Assembly (NCBI GenBank): GCA_963665325.3
Contig: CAXXWS020000003.1
Span: forward strand, 950,981 to 1,014,980
Length of the DNA stretch: 64,000 nucleotides
Reading direction: 5' to 3'
Source of the DNA: Alphaproteobacteria bacterium
GTDB taxonomy: Bacteria > Pseudomonadota > Alphaproteobacteria > Bin95
This document shows positions 38,745 through 50,155 of this stretch, one piece after another. The notes under the pieces are model-generated. The model searched no databases. It had not been told where the DNA came from and worked only from the letters and a program-made list of their open reading frames with translations. The stretch's first letter is position 1, and each line of letters begins with the position of its first letter. The position numbers and the translations under genes were made by a program.

Positions 38745-40112
38745 TCACGCTTGTCCACGGATGGCGTTTGCCACCCGGACGATGGCGGCGAGGCTTCGCT
38801 CCACGTCTTCGTCAGTCGTGGCCCATGACGAGACGCTGATGCGCATTGCGGCGCGGCCGTTCCACCGGGTGCCCCCGCACCAGCAGGTCCCTTCGCGCTG
38901 CACGCCGCGGATGACCTCCCCGGTCGTCCGGTCGTCGCCGAAAGCGACGAGCACCTGGTTCAGCACCACGTCGTTGAGGATTTCGAAGCCGGCGTCCCCC
39001 AGCCCGGCCGCGAAGCGCCGCGCCTGCCGGCAATTGCGCTCGACCAGCTCCGCCAGGCCGTCGCGGCCGAGCGACGCCAGCGCCGCCCAGACCTCGACGC
39101 CGCGCATGCGCCGGCTGGTCTCCGGCGTGAACTCGAACGGCTCCCGGTTCTCCGGATCGGGGAGATAGTCGGCCTGCACCGACATCGCGCCGCGCAACGC
39201 GCTGGCGTCGCGCACGATGGCGAGGCCGCTGTCATACGGCACGTTCAGCCACTTGTGCGCATCGGCCGCCCAGGAGTCGGCCTGCTCGATGCCCTGCGCC
39301 AGCGCCGCGAACCCCGGTGAAACCCTCGCCCAGAGGCCGAAGGCGCCGTCCACATGGACCCGGACGTCATCGGCGCGGACCGCCTCGCATATCGCGCCCA
39401 CCGGATCGAACGCGCCGGTGTTCACATTCCCCGCCTGCGTGCAGACGATGGCCGGACCGTCCGGAGCGGGCAGCGCATCCACGCGCATGCGGCCCTGACC
39501 GTCTGCCGGCACCCGGACCACCCGGTCCCGCCCGAGCCCGAGCATGCCCAGCGCCTTGAACAGCGTAGCGTGCGCCTGTTCGCCCACCACAACGGTGATT
39601 TCGGGAGCCGCATGGAGCCCGTCCCGGTCCACGTCATGGCCGTGCGCAAGCAGGACGGCGCGGCGGTCGGCGGCGAGTGCGGCGAAGTTCGCCATCGTCG
39701 CGCCGGTGACGAACGCGGTCCCGGCATCCGCCGGCAGGTCGAGCGCGTCGAGCACCCACCGCGCTGCGACCCGCTCGACCGCGGCGCCGACCGGCGAGCT
39801 GACCTCGCTGAAGGCGTTCTGGTCCCACGCGGCCGCCAGCCAGTTCGCGGCCAGCGGCGCCGGCAGGACGCCGCCGGTCACGAAGCCGAAATAGCGCGGG
39901 CCCGCGCTCGCAACCACGCCCTGATCGCCGATCTCGTCGAGGCGGGAGAGAATCTCAGAGGCCGGCAGCCCCGCTTTCGGCAGCGCCCCGCCCAGCGCCG
40001 CCACCAGTTCGCCCGCCCCGCGCGCCGCAACCACAGGGCGCTCCGGAAGCGAGTCCAGAAACCGGGCCGCGCGCCGGACCGTCTCGTCCAGCAACTCCCG
40101 CATGCCGTTCAT
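38745..40112 (-). CDS. pyridoxal-dependent (group II) decarboxylase family protein
   Basis: The start was set at MNGMRELLDE (ATG 40112), 455 aa. It has the PLP-lysine region SWAADAHKWLNVPYDSG. Confidence 0.85.
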   Translation of the reverse strand: MNGMRELLDETVRRAARFLDSLPERPVVAARGAGELVAALGGALPKAGLPASEILSRLDEIGDQGVVASAGPRYFGFVTGGVLPAPLAANWLAAAWDQNAFSEVSSPVGAAVERVAARWVLDALDLPADAGTAFVTGATMANFAALAADRRAVLLAHGHDVDRDGLHAAPEITVVVGEQAHATLFKALGMLGLGRDRVVRVPADGQGRMRVDALPAPDGPAIVCTQAGNVNTGAFDPVGAICEAVRADDVRVHVDGAFGLWARVSPGFAALAQGIEQADSWAADAHKWLNVPYDSGLAIVRDASALRGAMSVQADYLPDPENREPFEFTPETSRRMRGVEVWAALASLGRDGLAELVERNCRQARRFAAGLGDAGFEILNDVVLNQVLVAFGDDRTTGEVIRGVQREGTCWCGGTRWNGRAAMRISVSSWATTDEDVERSLAAIVRVANAIRGQA

Positions 40113-40227
40113 GCCGCATCCGCTCCCGGTGCGCCTACGAATCGTGCGCCCTTGCGCGCGTGAGGCGCCGCAAAACAGCCTGCCCATCATATCCGCAGGC
40201 GAGTCGCCGCGACAGCTCTCAACCGGG

Positions 40228-41601
40228 TCAGGAAACTGCGAACTCCAGGCTCACCCTGAGGCCGGGTGGGCTCCCGCCGGGCGCCGCGTCGGCCAGCACC
40301 AGCCGGGCGTTGTGCCGGCGGGCGGCGGCGGCGGCGAGCGCCAGGCCGAGCCCGTTGCCGGGCAGGTGGCGGCTCGGGTCGAGGCGCACGAAGCGCTCGA
40401 GCACGCGCTCCCGGTCTTCCGGCGCGATACCGGGGCCGCTGTCGGCCACGGTCACGCCGGACGGGCCGACGGTCACCGAGACCTGGCCGCCTTCCGGCGT
40501 GTATTTGACCGCATTGTCGATGAGGTTGGAGAGCGCCTGGGCCAGCAGTTCCGGCTGACCCTGGATTTCCGGCGGGGCTCCGTCCTGCGCGAATTCGAGT
40601 TCGATGCCTCGTTCCGCCGCCGAGGGTTGATGGAGCTCCGTCAGGTCTTCCCCGAGTCCGGCCAGATCGACAGGGAGGGTCGGGGCGGGGCCGGAGTCCG
40701 CCCGCGCGATGGCAAGCAGGGTGTTGAAGGTGTCCATGAGTTCCCGCACCTCGGCGACCGTGCGCTCCAGCGCGTCCCGGTAGGCGCCGGCCTCGGCGGG
40801 CCCCCGCAGCACGTCCTCCAGCCGCGCATGCAGGCGCGCCAGCGGCCGGCGGAGGTCGTGGGCGACATTGTCCGTCACTTCGCGCAGCTCGTTCATCAGC
40901 AGCTCGATGCGCGCCAGCATCCGGTTCACGCTCGTCGCGAGGTCGTCGAACTCATCGCCGCGCCCCGTCACCTGCACCCGGCGCGACAGGTCCCCGTCCT
41001 GCATGATCCGCCGCCCGGTTTCGTCCACCGCCTCCGCCCGACGGCGCAGGTCGCGGGAAACGAGCGTGCCGGCCGCAAGCCCCGCCAGCAGGATCAACCC
41101 CCCGGCCGCCGTGCCGAACACGACGATCCGGCGGCTGAGCGCGATTTCCTCGTCGATGTCGTGAGCGACCAGAAGCCGGAATCCGTCGGGGAGGTTGGCG
41201 ACATAAGCGCGAGCCGTGTGCCGGTGGGAAGGCTCGCCGTCATGCGCGCGGCGATAGTGGAAATCGTGCCACCGGCCGGGCTGTTGCGCTGCCTCCGGCC
41301 ATGATGCGAGGTTGCCGGCCGCCTTGCGCCCGCGGCGGTCCACCAGCAGGTAAAGCGACCGGCCCTCGCGCCTGCTTCGCCCGTCTATGACGGCGCTGAG
41401 CCGGAGCGGCCCGAACGCCCGGTAATGCTCCGCCAGCCCTTCCAGTTCCGCCCGCACGATCTGCCGGCTCTCCTCCTGCAGCGCCTGCAGGGACTCGCTG
41501 TAGAGAAAGCGGAAGCCGGCGAAGCCGAAGACCCCCAGCACGGCCAGATAGACCAACGTCAGCCGGAAGGCCGAGGTACGCAGCAGGTCAGTCGGGCGCA
41601 A
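40228..41601 (-). CDS. sensor histidine kinase (HAMP-HisKA-HATPase)
   Basis: 457 aa. The H-box is VTDNVAHDLRRPLA, the N-box is LSNLIDNAVKYTP and the G-boxes are DSGPGI / GNGLGLAL. It has two TM segments. The apparent TTG start overlaps the regulator gene by 14 nt, so the start is uncertain. Confidence 0.9.
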   Translation of the reverse strand: MRPTDLLRTSAFRLTLVYLAVLGVFGFAGFRFLYSESLQALQEESRQIVRAELEGLAEHYRAFGPLRLSAVIDGRSRREGRSLYLLVDRRGRKAAGNLASWPEAAQQPGRWHDFHYRRAHDGEPSHRHTARAYVANLPDGFRLLVAHDIDEEIALSRRIVVFGTAAGGLILLAGLAAGTLVSRDLRRRAEAVDETGRRIMQDGDLSRRVQVTGRGDEFDDLATSVNRMLARIELLMNELREVTDNVAHDLRRPLARLHARLEDVLRGPAEAGAYRDALERTVAEVRELMDTFNTLLAIARADSGPAPTLPVDLAGLGEDLTELHQPSAAERGIELEFAQDGAPPEIQGQPELLAQALSNLIDNAVKYTPEGGQVSVTVGPSGVTVADSGPGIAPEDRERVLERFVRLDPSRHLPGNGLGLALAAAAARRHNARLVLADAAPGGSPPGLRVSLEFAVS

Positions 41602-42271
41602 GGCGGTATCCGACTCCCCTGACGGTATGCAGCAACGGCCGGTCGAAGCCCTTGTCGATCTTGGCCCTCAGCCGCGAAATCTGGGCGTCGATCACATTGG
41701 TTCCCGGATCGAAGCGGATATCCCAGACCTGCTCCAGCAGCATGGTCCGCGTGACCACGCGCCCGGCATGTTCGGCCAGCACTTCAAGCAGGCGGAACTC
41801 CTTGGGCTTGAGCGGCACCGGCAGCGGCTTTCCCGCCCGGTAAACCCGGCGCTCAAGGCGGTGGATTTCCAGATCGCCGATGGCGATGTCGGTCTCGGCC
41901 GCTGCCGGGGCGCGCCGCCGGGCGAGCGCCTCGATGCGCGCGCGCAGCTCCGCAAAGGCGAACGGCTTGGCCAGATAGTCGTCGCCTCCGGCGTCCAGCC
42001 CCTTCACCCGGTTGCCGACGCTGCCGAGCGCGGTGAGGAACAGGACTGGCGTGCGGTCGCCGGCCGCGCGCAGTTCCCGGACCAGCGTAAGGCCGTCCAG
42101 CTCCGGCAGCATCCGGTCCACCACCAGCACATCGAAATCGCCTTCGAGCGCGATCTCCAGCCCGTCGCGCCCGTCTTCCGCGGTTTCGACGCGATGTCCC
42201 TCTTCGCGCAGGCCCTTGGCCGTATAGGCCGCCGTCTCGCTTTCGTCTTCGACGATGAGGATGTTGAGCAT
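41588..42271 (-). CDS. OmpR/PhoB family response regulator
   Basis: 227 aa. The receiver domain is ILIVEDE...DVLVVDRMLPELDG. The winged-helix output is LEIHRLERRVYRAGKPLPVPLKPKEFRLLEVL...TVRGVGYRL. Confidence 0.92.
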   Translation of the reverse strand: MLNILIVEDESETAAYTAKGLREEGHRVETAEDGRDGLEIALEGDFDVLVVDRMLPELDGLTLVRELRAAGDRTPVLFLTALGSVGNRVKGLDAGGDDYLAKPFAFAELRARIEALARRRAPAAAETDIAIGDLEIHRLERRVYRAGKPLPVPLKPKEFRLLEVLAEHAGRVVTRTMLLEQVWDIRFDPGTNVIDAQISRLRAKIDKGFDRPLLHTVRGVGYRLAPD

Positions 42272-42360
42272 GGCGCCGTAATCCTAACACGGAGTTGGCA
42301 AGGGAAAGAGCCGGACGCCCGCCGGGGGGAGGAGAAACCGGCGGGCGTCCGGGGGCGGGG

Positions 42361-43782
42361 TCAGGCCGTGCCGAGCGGCAATGCCACGAACCGGTCCCGG
42401 TTCTCCCGCCTGAGGAGCATGACGACCGCCTTGCGGCCGGCGGTCTTGAGCTCGGCGACGATCCCGTCCACGTCGGCGGGCGTCTCGACGGCGCGCCGGT
42501 CCACCGACAGCAGCACATCGCCCTTCTTCACGCCCTTGCGGGCCGCGGGGCTGCCCGGCGCGACATCCGCGACCACAACCTTGCCGTCCGCCTTGCCGAG
42601 ATCGAGCCCGGCGAAACCGCCGGCCGGGGCGGCGGCCTCGGCGGTCCGGTCGCTTGCAGGCATGGCGGCAAGCGTCACCTCGGCGCTCGCTTCCGCGCCG
42701 TCCCGCCAGAACCCGAGCGCCACGGTCTCGCCCGGGTCCCGCTCGGCGATCATGCGCGGCAGGCGGCGCATCTCGCCGATGCGCTTGCCGTCCACCTCCA
42801 GGATCACATCGCCGGGCTGGATGCCCGCGCCCGCCGCCGGCCCGGAGGGATCGACCGATGCCACCAGCGCGCCTTCGGCCTTGTCGAGGCCGAGGCCGGC
42901 CGCAAGGTCGTCGCCGACATGCTGGATGTGCACGCCGAGGCGCCCGCGCTCGACCGCGCCGCTTGCCTTCAGCTCCGCCACGATATCGCCTGCCAGCTCT
43001 GCCGGAACGGCGAAGCCGATGCCGACGCTGCCGCCATTCGGCGAGAAGATCGCCGTGTTCACGCCGATGACCTCACCCTGGAGGTTGAAGGTCGGGCCGC
43101 CGGAATTGCCGCGGTTGATCGGGGCGGAAATCTGGAGGAAGTCGTCATAAGGACCGGCTCCGATCTGGCGCCCGCGCGCCGAGACGATACCGGCCGTGGC
43201 GGAATGGCCGAGGCCGAAGGGGTTGCCGACAGCCACGACCCAGTCGCCGACCCGCACTTGCCCGGAGTCCGCGAATGCGACATGCGGCAGCGCCTCCTCC
43301 GCCTCGACCTTCAGGAGCGCGAGGTCGGTTTTCGGGTCCGCGCCGACCAGGCGGGCGGGCAGCTTCCGCTTGTCATGGAAGGTGACGGCGATCTCCTTCG
43401 CGCCCGCCACGACATGGTGGTTGGTGACGATGTGGCCGTCAGCCGAGATGACGAAGCCGGAGCCCACGCCCGTTGCCGGCTGCCACTCGCGCCATTTCTC
43501 CGGCCAGGGCGCGCGGTCGCCGAAGAAGCGGCGCATGAACTCCTGCGGGCCCGCAGGCATGGCCGCCTTGACGCTCTTTTCGACGCGGATGTTCACCACG
43601 GCGGGCGTCACCCTCTCGATGGTCCCGGCAAGGCTCGGCAGCGCGGCGGCTGCGGCATCGGGTGGCCCGGAGCTCTGGAGCGCACCCACATGGTAGGCGC
43701 CGCCGGCCGCAAGCGCGCCGCCGAGCAGGATCGCGGCGAGCGCGCGCCGGGCCGGCGGACGAACGAACAGTCTGGTTTGCAT
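42361..43782 (-). CDS. Do/DegP/HtrA family periplasmic serine protease
   Basis: The start was set at MQTRLFVRPP (ATG 43782). It has a signal peptide, a trypsin-like domain with GNSGGP and two PDZ domains. Confidence 0.92.
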   Translation of the reverse strand: MQTRLFVRPPARRALAAILLGGALAAGGAYHVGALQSSGPPDAAAAALPSLAGTIERVTPAVVNIRVEKSVKAAMPAGPQEFMRRFFGDRAPWPEKWREWQPATGVGSGFVISADGHIVTNHHVVAGAKEIAVTFHDKRKLPARLVGADPKTDLALLKVEAEEALPHVAFADSGQVRVGDWVVAVGNPFGLGHSATAGIVSARGRQIGAGPYDDFLQISAPINRGNSGGPTFNLQGEVIGVNTAIFSPNGGSVGIGFAVPAELAGDIVAELKASGAVERGRLGVHIQHVGDDLAAGLGLDKAEGALVASVDPSGPAAGAGIQPGDVILEVDGKRIGEMRRLPRMIAERDPGETVALGFWRDGAEASAEVTLAAMPASDRTAEAAAPAGGFAGLDLGKADGKVVVADVAPGSPAARKGVKKGDVLLSVDRRAVETPADVDGIVAELKTAGRKAVVMLLRRENRDRFVALPLGTA

Positions 43783-43868
43783 GAAGTCTTCCCTTCTGCT
43801 GACGGTGCGGCGCAAGCCGCGTTCCGCAGAAGATAGGGGGCCCGCCTTACCGGGACCTTGCCGCCGCC

Positions 43869-44849
43869 TTACGATCCGGCAAGGAAACGGGCCAGCAGGC
43901 GCCGGGCGGCCGCGGCCGGCGCGGCGCGGCCGGCTTCCACTTCATGCTCCAGCTTTTCCGCAAGTTCGCGCAGACCCTCATCGCGCCGGACGGCCGACAG
44001 TGCGCCCTCGGAAACCTCATTCCACATCCACGCCCTGGCCTGCCGGGTCCGGCGTTCCTCGAGCCCGCTGCCCAGCGCCTCGCGGAAGGCTGCGACCGCC
44101 TCCCAGGCCTCCGCGATCCCCTCCCCGGTCAGCGCCGAGCAGGTTTGCACCCGCGCTGTCCAGCCGGGCACGGCTGGGCGCAACAGATGCATCGCCGCGT
44201 CATAGTCGGCCGCCGTCCGCCGCGCCTGCGCGGCAAGATCGCCGTCGGCCTTGTTGACCAGCACCATGTCGGCAAGCTCGACAATGCCGCGCTTGATGCC
44301 CTGCAGCTCGTCGCCGCCGGCCGGCAGCAGCAGCAGCAGGAACATGTCCACCATGTCGGCAACGGCCGTTTCCGACTGGCCGACACCGACCGTCTCCACC
44401 AGCACCACGTCGAACCCGGCAGCCTCGCACGCCAGCATCGCCTCTCGCGTGCGCCGTGCTACGCCGCCTAGCGTCTCGCCGGCCGGCGAGGGACGGATGA
44501 AGGCGGCAGCGTCACGCGCGAGCGCCTCCATGCGCGTCTTGTCCCCGAGGATGGAGCCGCCCGAGCGCTTCGAGCTCGGATCGACCGCAAGCACGGCGAC
44601 ACGGTGCCCTGCGTCGATGACATGCCGACCGAACGACTCGATGAAGGTCGATTTGCCGACCCCCGGCGCACCGCTGATGCCGAGCCGCACCGAGCGACCG
44701 GCTTCCGGCAGCAGCATCTCCAGAAGCGCATCGGCCCGGCCCCGATGGTCGGGACGCGAGGACTCGATCAGCGTGATCGCGCGCGCCAGCGCCCGGCGTT
44801 CACCCGACAGCACGGCCGCCGCAAGGCGGGGAGGGTCGTTCTCCTCCAT
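43869..44849 (-). CDS. meaB: methylmalonyl-CoA mutase accessory GTPase MeaB/ArgK
   Basis: 326 aa. It has the P-loop GAPGVGKSTFIE, ETVGVGQSE and the NKAD motif (VNKADGD). Confidence 0.92.
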   Translation of the reverse strand: MEENDPPRLAAAVLSGERRALARAITLIESSRPDHRGRADALLEMLLPEAGRSVRLGISGAPGVGKSTFIESFGRHVIDAGHRVAVLAVDPSSKRSGGSILGDKTRMEALARDAAAFIRPSPAGETLGGVARRTREAMLACEAAGFDVVLVETVGVGQSETAVADMVDMFLLLLLPAGGDELQGIKRGIVELADMVLVNKADGDLAAQARRTAADYDAAMHLLRPAVPGWTARVQTCSALTGEGIAEAWEAVAAFREALGSGLEERRTRQARAWMWNEVSEGALSAVRRDEGLRELAEKLEHEVEAGRAAPAAAARRLLARFLAGS

Positions 44850-44872
44850 GCGTCCCGCAGCCGCAGCGCCGC

Positions 44873-47023
<2,151 letters not shown>

Positions 47024-47102
47024 GGCAGCCTCTCCGTTCCGTCCGGCGGGGAGGCCATTTTACAGCGACTCGGCGGCAGGGCGGGAGTCCGCCTGTCCGG
47101 CC

Positions 47103-47393
47103 TCAGTCCGCCCCTTCGACCGCAACGAATTCGCCGATGCCGGCATGCTCCCTGAGCGCCTTGATCTCGGTGTATTCCGGCGAGTTGTAGAACTCCTTCG
47201 CCCGTTCCATCGAGGGGAACTCGATGATGACCATCCGGTCCTTGAATTCGGGGCCTTCGAGCGTCACGGCCTCGCCGCCCCGGGCGATGAAGCGTCCGCC
47301 GAAGGAAGCGACGCAATCGGGCGTGCGGGCGGCATAGCGCTTGTACCGCTCGGGATCGGTCACCTTCATGCGGACCACGATATAGGCGCTCAT
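47103..47393 (-). CDS. DUF1330 domain-containing protein
   Basis: 96 aa. MSAYIVVRMKVTDPERYKRYAA...IIEFPSMERAKEFYNSPEY matches the DUF1330 pattern. Confidence 0.8.
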   Translation of the reverse strand: MSAYIVVRMKVTDPERYKRYAARTPDCVASFGGRFIARGGEAVTLEGPEFKDRMVIIEFPSMERAKEFYNSPEYTEIKALREHAGIGEFVAVEGAD

Positions 47394-47454
47394 CGGGGGC
47401 TTCTCCTTCTTGCCGGCGGGTTTCGATTGCCGTCCACTCTACCGCAGCTCCGGT

Positions 47455-48057
47455 TCAGGGGACATGAGCCCGGGGCACCATGTCCGTGCCGGCTTCGCGG
47501 TCGGTGAGGGCCGGGTAACGGCGCGGGCGGAAGAGCTGGTAATGCCACCATTCGCGCATGTAGAAGTCCCAGCCGGCGGCGCTCATCAGGCCGAGGAGGA
47601 GCGCGCGGTTGCGCTGCGCTTCCGGGGAGACGGCCGCCGAGCCGTGGTGCGAGGCCGGCGTCAGGTCGTCGAAGCCTGTGCCCATGTCGAGCGGCGCGCC
47701 ATCCCCGCCGGTCAGCGTCAGATCGACGGCGACGCCGCGCGTGTGGATGCCGCCCCGACGCGGGTCGCTGATGTATTCGGGGTCGGGGATGGCGCGCCAG
47801 AGCGCCCATTGCGCCTCCAGCGGCCGAAAGGCGTCGAAGAGCAGGAGACCCAGCCCCTGCGCCCGCGAGAGTTCCGCCGCCCGGACCAGCGCCGCTTCCG
47901 CCTCCGGCACGAGCCAGGCGGCCGGGCGGGCATAGATGGGCTTGCCTGCGACATTGTCCGCCCGTGCATAGGCGATGTCGAAGGCGACGCCGTGGCGCTC
48001 CGGCGATATCTCGACAAGCATGGCGACAGACTCTACCGGCGTCTCACCGGACCGCAC
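47455..48057 (-). CDS. D-alanyl-D-alanine dipeptidase (M15D, VanX/DdpX-like)
   Basis: FDIAYARADNVAGKPIY, LLLFDAFRPLEAQ, HTRGVAVDLTL and WWHYQL are present. The alternative start MLVEIS at 48018 would remove the 14-nt overlap with the upstream gene. Confidence 0.8.
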   Translation of the reverse strand: MRSGETPVESVAMLVEISPERHGVAFDIAYARADNVAGKPIYARPAAWLVPEAEAALVRAAELSRAQGLGLLLFDAFRPLEAQWALWRAIPDPEYISDPRRGGIHTRGVAVDLTLTGGDGAPLDMGTGFDDLTPASHHGSAAVSPEAQRNRALLLGLMSAAGWDFYMREWWHYQLFRPRRYPALTDREAGTDMVPRAHVP

Positions 48058-48517
48058 CGGGTTCGAGGAAGATCAGGACGATCCCGGCCGCGATCATGGC
48101 GGCTCCGGCGAATTGCCGCCACCCGAAGGCTTCGCCGAAGACTACCGCCGAAGCGATCGTTGCGATTGCGACGGTGCCCGCGACGATCACCGGAATCGCC
48201 ACCCCGGCCCGCATGGGCCTGTCCAGGCCTATCCCGCCGAAGAGGTAGAAATATCCGATCTCCGCAACGCCGATGCATATGCCGGCCAGCACGGCCCAGA
48301 GATACGCCCGCGGCGCGAGCGAGAAGACGTGGCCGCCCTGCGCCGCCAGAAATCCCAGAAACAGGACCGAGGTCGAAAGAGCCGCCACTTGCAGGCAAAC
48401 GGTTGCCAGCACGGTGGTCGTCGCGGTCGCCGGGACATGGCCTCCCGACAGCTTGATGAGAAGGTTGTAGCCCGCGTAGAGCAGCGTCACCGCAGCCAGA
48501 AGCATCGCAGCGACCAT
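48044..48517 (-). CDS. small DMT-superfamily (single EamA domain) membrane transporter
   Basis: 157 aa and almost entirely hydrophobic, with about five predicted TM helices. The C-terminus AVVFGEAFGWRQFAGAAMIAAGIVLI is typical of EamA/SMR-like proteins. Confidence 0.7.
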   Translation of the reverse strand: MVAAMLLAAVTLLYAGYNLLIKLSGGHVPATATTTVLATVCLQVAALSTSVLFLGFLAAQGGHVFSLAPRAYLWAVLAGICIGVAEIGYFYLFGGIGLDRPMRAGVAIPVIVAGTVAIATIASAVVFGEAFGWRQFAGAAMIAAGIVLIFLEPGAVR

Positions 48518-48559
48518 GAGCGCTCTCCATCCGGTTTCTCTCAGGGCCAGCCGGATCGT

Positions 48560-48763
48560 TCAGGCGGCCCTGCTCCTGCCGTAGCTGTCCATCGCGGCCA
48601 GTACCTCGTCCAGCGACCGGCGGGCGCCGGTCTGCAGATATTCCATCGCCCGCAATGCAGCTTCATGCGCCTCCGGGCCGGACCCCGCAACGCAATCCTC
48701 GATCACGCGGCAGAAATAGTCGCCCTGATGGCCGTCGACGAAGGTGTGCCTGACGAACTCGAT
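48560..48763 (-). pseudogene. 3'-terminal fragment of an isochorismatase/cysteine-hydrolase family gene
   Basis: The minus frame reads IEFVRHTFVDGHQGDYFCRVIEDCVAGSGPEAHEAALRAMEYLQTGARRSLDEVLAAMDSYGRSRAA*. This resembles the last ~65 aa of isochorismatase-family proteins (the (V/I)xEDCxA...EAHEAAL pattern). An in-frame TAG lies at 48764..48766 and there is no start codon or N-terminal domain. Confidence 0.6.
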
Positions 48764-49070
48764 CTAATTCGCTTGTAGGCATTGTTGGGGCGCTTGCGTT
48801 TCCTCGTAGGAAAGGACAGTATAGCAACAAGTTGGGGGAACGGCAAGGTCGAAAGGCAAGGGAACTATCTTGTATGAATGGCGAGCCTGTGTTCCACCAA
48901 TTTGCATCGTGGGGCGCTTCGATGGCATATAATACGGTGAATGGAGGAAATGGCGGGGTTCCAGCAGTTGTCGATTGCTTGCTGTAGTAGTGCTCATATG
49001 AATGAACCATGGGTTTTGACTATATGAAACTGTATATAACCGGACCGGGGCGCGGCTCACGGAGGGACCG

Positions 49071-49382
49071 ATGCAGGGTGGCGGCACTGTCGAAAAGCGC
49101 AAGGGGCGCTGCATCATGGCGACCGACACGGAATGGCGGCGCATCACCGAGCGCGCCGGCAAGGCCGGACTGCCGATCTCGCGCTTTGCGGTGCAGCGCC
49201 TGCTCGAACCGGCCGGCGGGACGGCCGCGCCGCCGAGCCTGCCGCGGCAGGTAGCGCGGGACCTCCGGGTGCTGGTCGCGATCGAGGAGCGGCGCTTCCG
49301 CGCGGACAATGCCGGGACGGACTGGGAGGAGCTGGTCGCCGGGGCGGAGGCGGAACTGGACGGCGAGGAGGCGATGGGGTGA
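49071..49382 (+). CDS. ribbon-helix-helix (MobC-like) relaxosome accessory protein, module 1
   Basis: 103 aa with ATG preceded by GGAGGGA. RCIMATDTEWRRITERAGKAGLPISRFAVQRLL shows the beta-strand/helix/helix pattern shared with the next three genes. Confidence 0.6.
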   Translation: MQGGGTVEKRKGRCIMATDTEWRRITERAGKAGLPISRFAVQRLLEPAGGTAAPPSLPRQVARDLRVLVAIEERRFRADNAGTDWEELVAGAEAELDGEEAMG

Positions 49383-49711
49383 GGCGCCATCACCAGCATT
49401 GCGTGTCCTGCACGGACAGCGAGTGGCGGGCGATCAAGTCGCGGGCGGAAGAGGCGGGCATGAGCCTCTCGCAGTTCGTCGTCGGCTGCGCGCTGGGCGA
49501 TGATGAAACGGTCACGCCGCTTGTGCTGACGGAGGAGGAGCAGCGCCGTCTCTACAGCCGGGTGAACCGGTTGCTGCTGGCCTGCCTCGACCTGACGGCG
49601 CCGCTGCCAGGAACGGCGGTGACGCTCAGGGAGGCGGTGGAGTTCCTGTGGCGGGCAGGCGGTGGGCCGGACCAGGCCGGGCTGCGCGAGCCTGGAGGGG
49701 AAGCGGGATGA
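49379..49711 (+). CDS. ribbon-helix-helix (MobC-like) protein, module 2
   Basis: The GTG at 49379 overlaps the previous stop (GTGA). HCVSCTDSEWRAIKSRAEEAGMSLSQFVVGCAL is followed by LVLTEEEQRRLYSRVNRLLL. Confidence 0.6.
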   Translation: MRRHHQHCVSCTDSEWRAIKSRAEEAGMSLSQFVVGCALGDDETVTPLVLTEEEQRRLYSRVNRLLLACLDLTAPLPGTAVTLREAVEFLWRAGGGPDQAGLREPGGEAG

Positions 49712-50139
49712 GGCCGCCACGGGAGAGGGTGAGGAACCGCTCGATCTCGTGCAGCCGGCTGGACTGGCTGCGGATCGGGGAGCGGGCCGGCGAGGCGGGC
49801 CAGCCGATATCCCGCTATGTCGTAGCGCGGGCATTGTCGGGGACGCCGGCGCCGAAGCCTTCGGCGGCGCAGCCGCTGGTGCTGGACGCGGAGGAGCAGC
49901 GCCGGCTTCTGGACGGCGTGCTGCGCATGGCGGACCTGCTGTCGGGCGCCATGGCCCCGGAGGGTGAGGACAGGCCCGGTCTGCCGGGGGCGGTCGGGGC
50001 GCTGTTCGCGGCGAAGCTCGACGAGATGGCGCGCACGGGCCGCTACGCCGAGATGAGGGCGCTTCTGGACCGGGTTCTGGGGGAGGAGCGCGCCGAGGGC
50101 ATTGCGGACGATGTCTATGCGCGCGCCCGGCGGCGATGA
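49708..50139 (+). CDS. ribbon-helix-helix (MobC-like) protein, module 3
   Basis: The ATG at 49708 overlaps the previous stop (ATGA). SISCSRLDWLRIGERAGEAGQPISRYVVARAL is followed by LVLDAEEQRRLLDGVLRMADLL. Confidence 0.6.
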   Translation: MRPPRERVRNRSISCSRLDWLRIGERAGEAGQPISRYVVARALSGTPAPKPSAAQPLVLDAEEQRRLLDGVLRMADLLSGAMAPEGEDRPGLPGAVGALFAAKLDEMARTGRYAEMRALLDRVLGEERAEGIADDVYARARRR

Positions 50140-50155
50140 AGGCCGCTGCTGCCGA

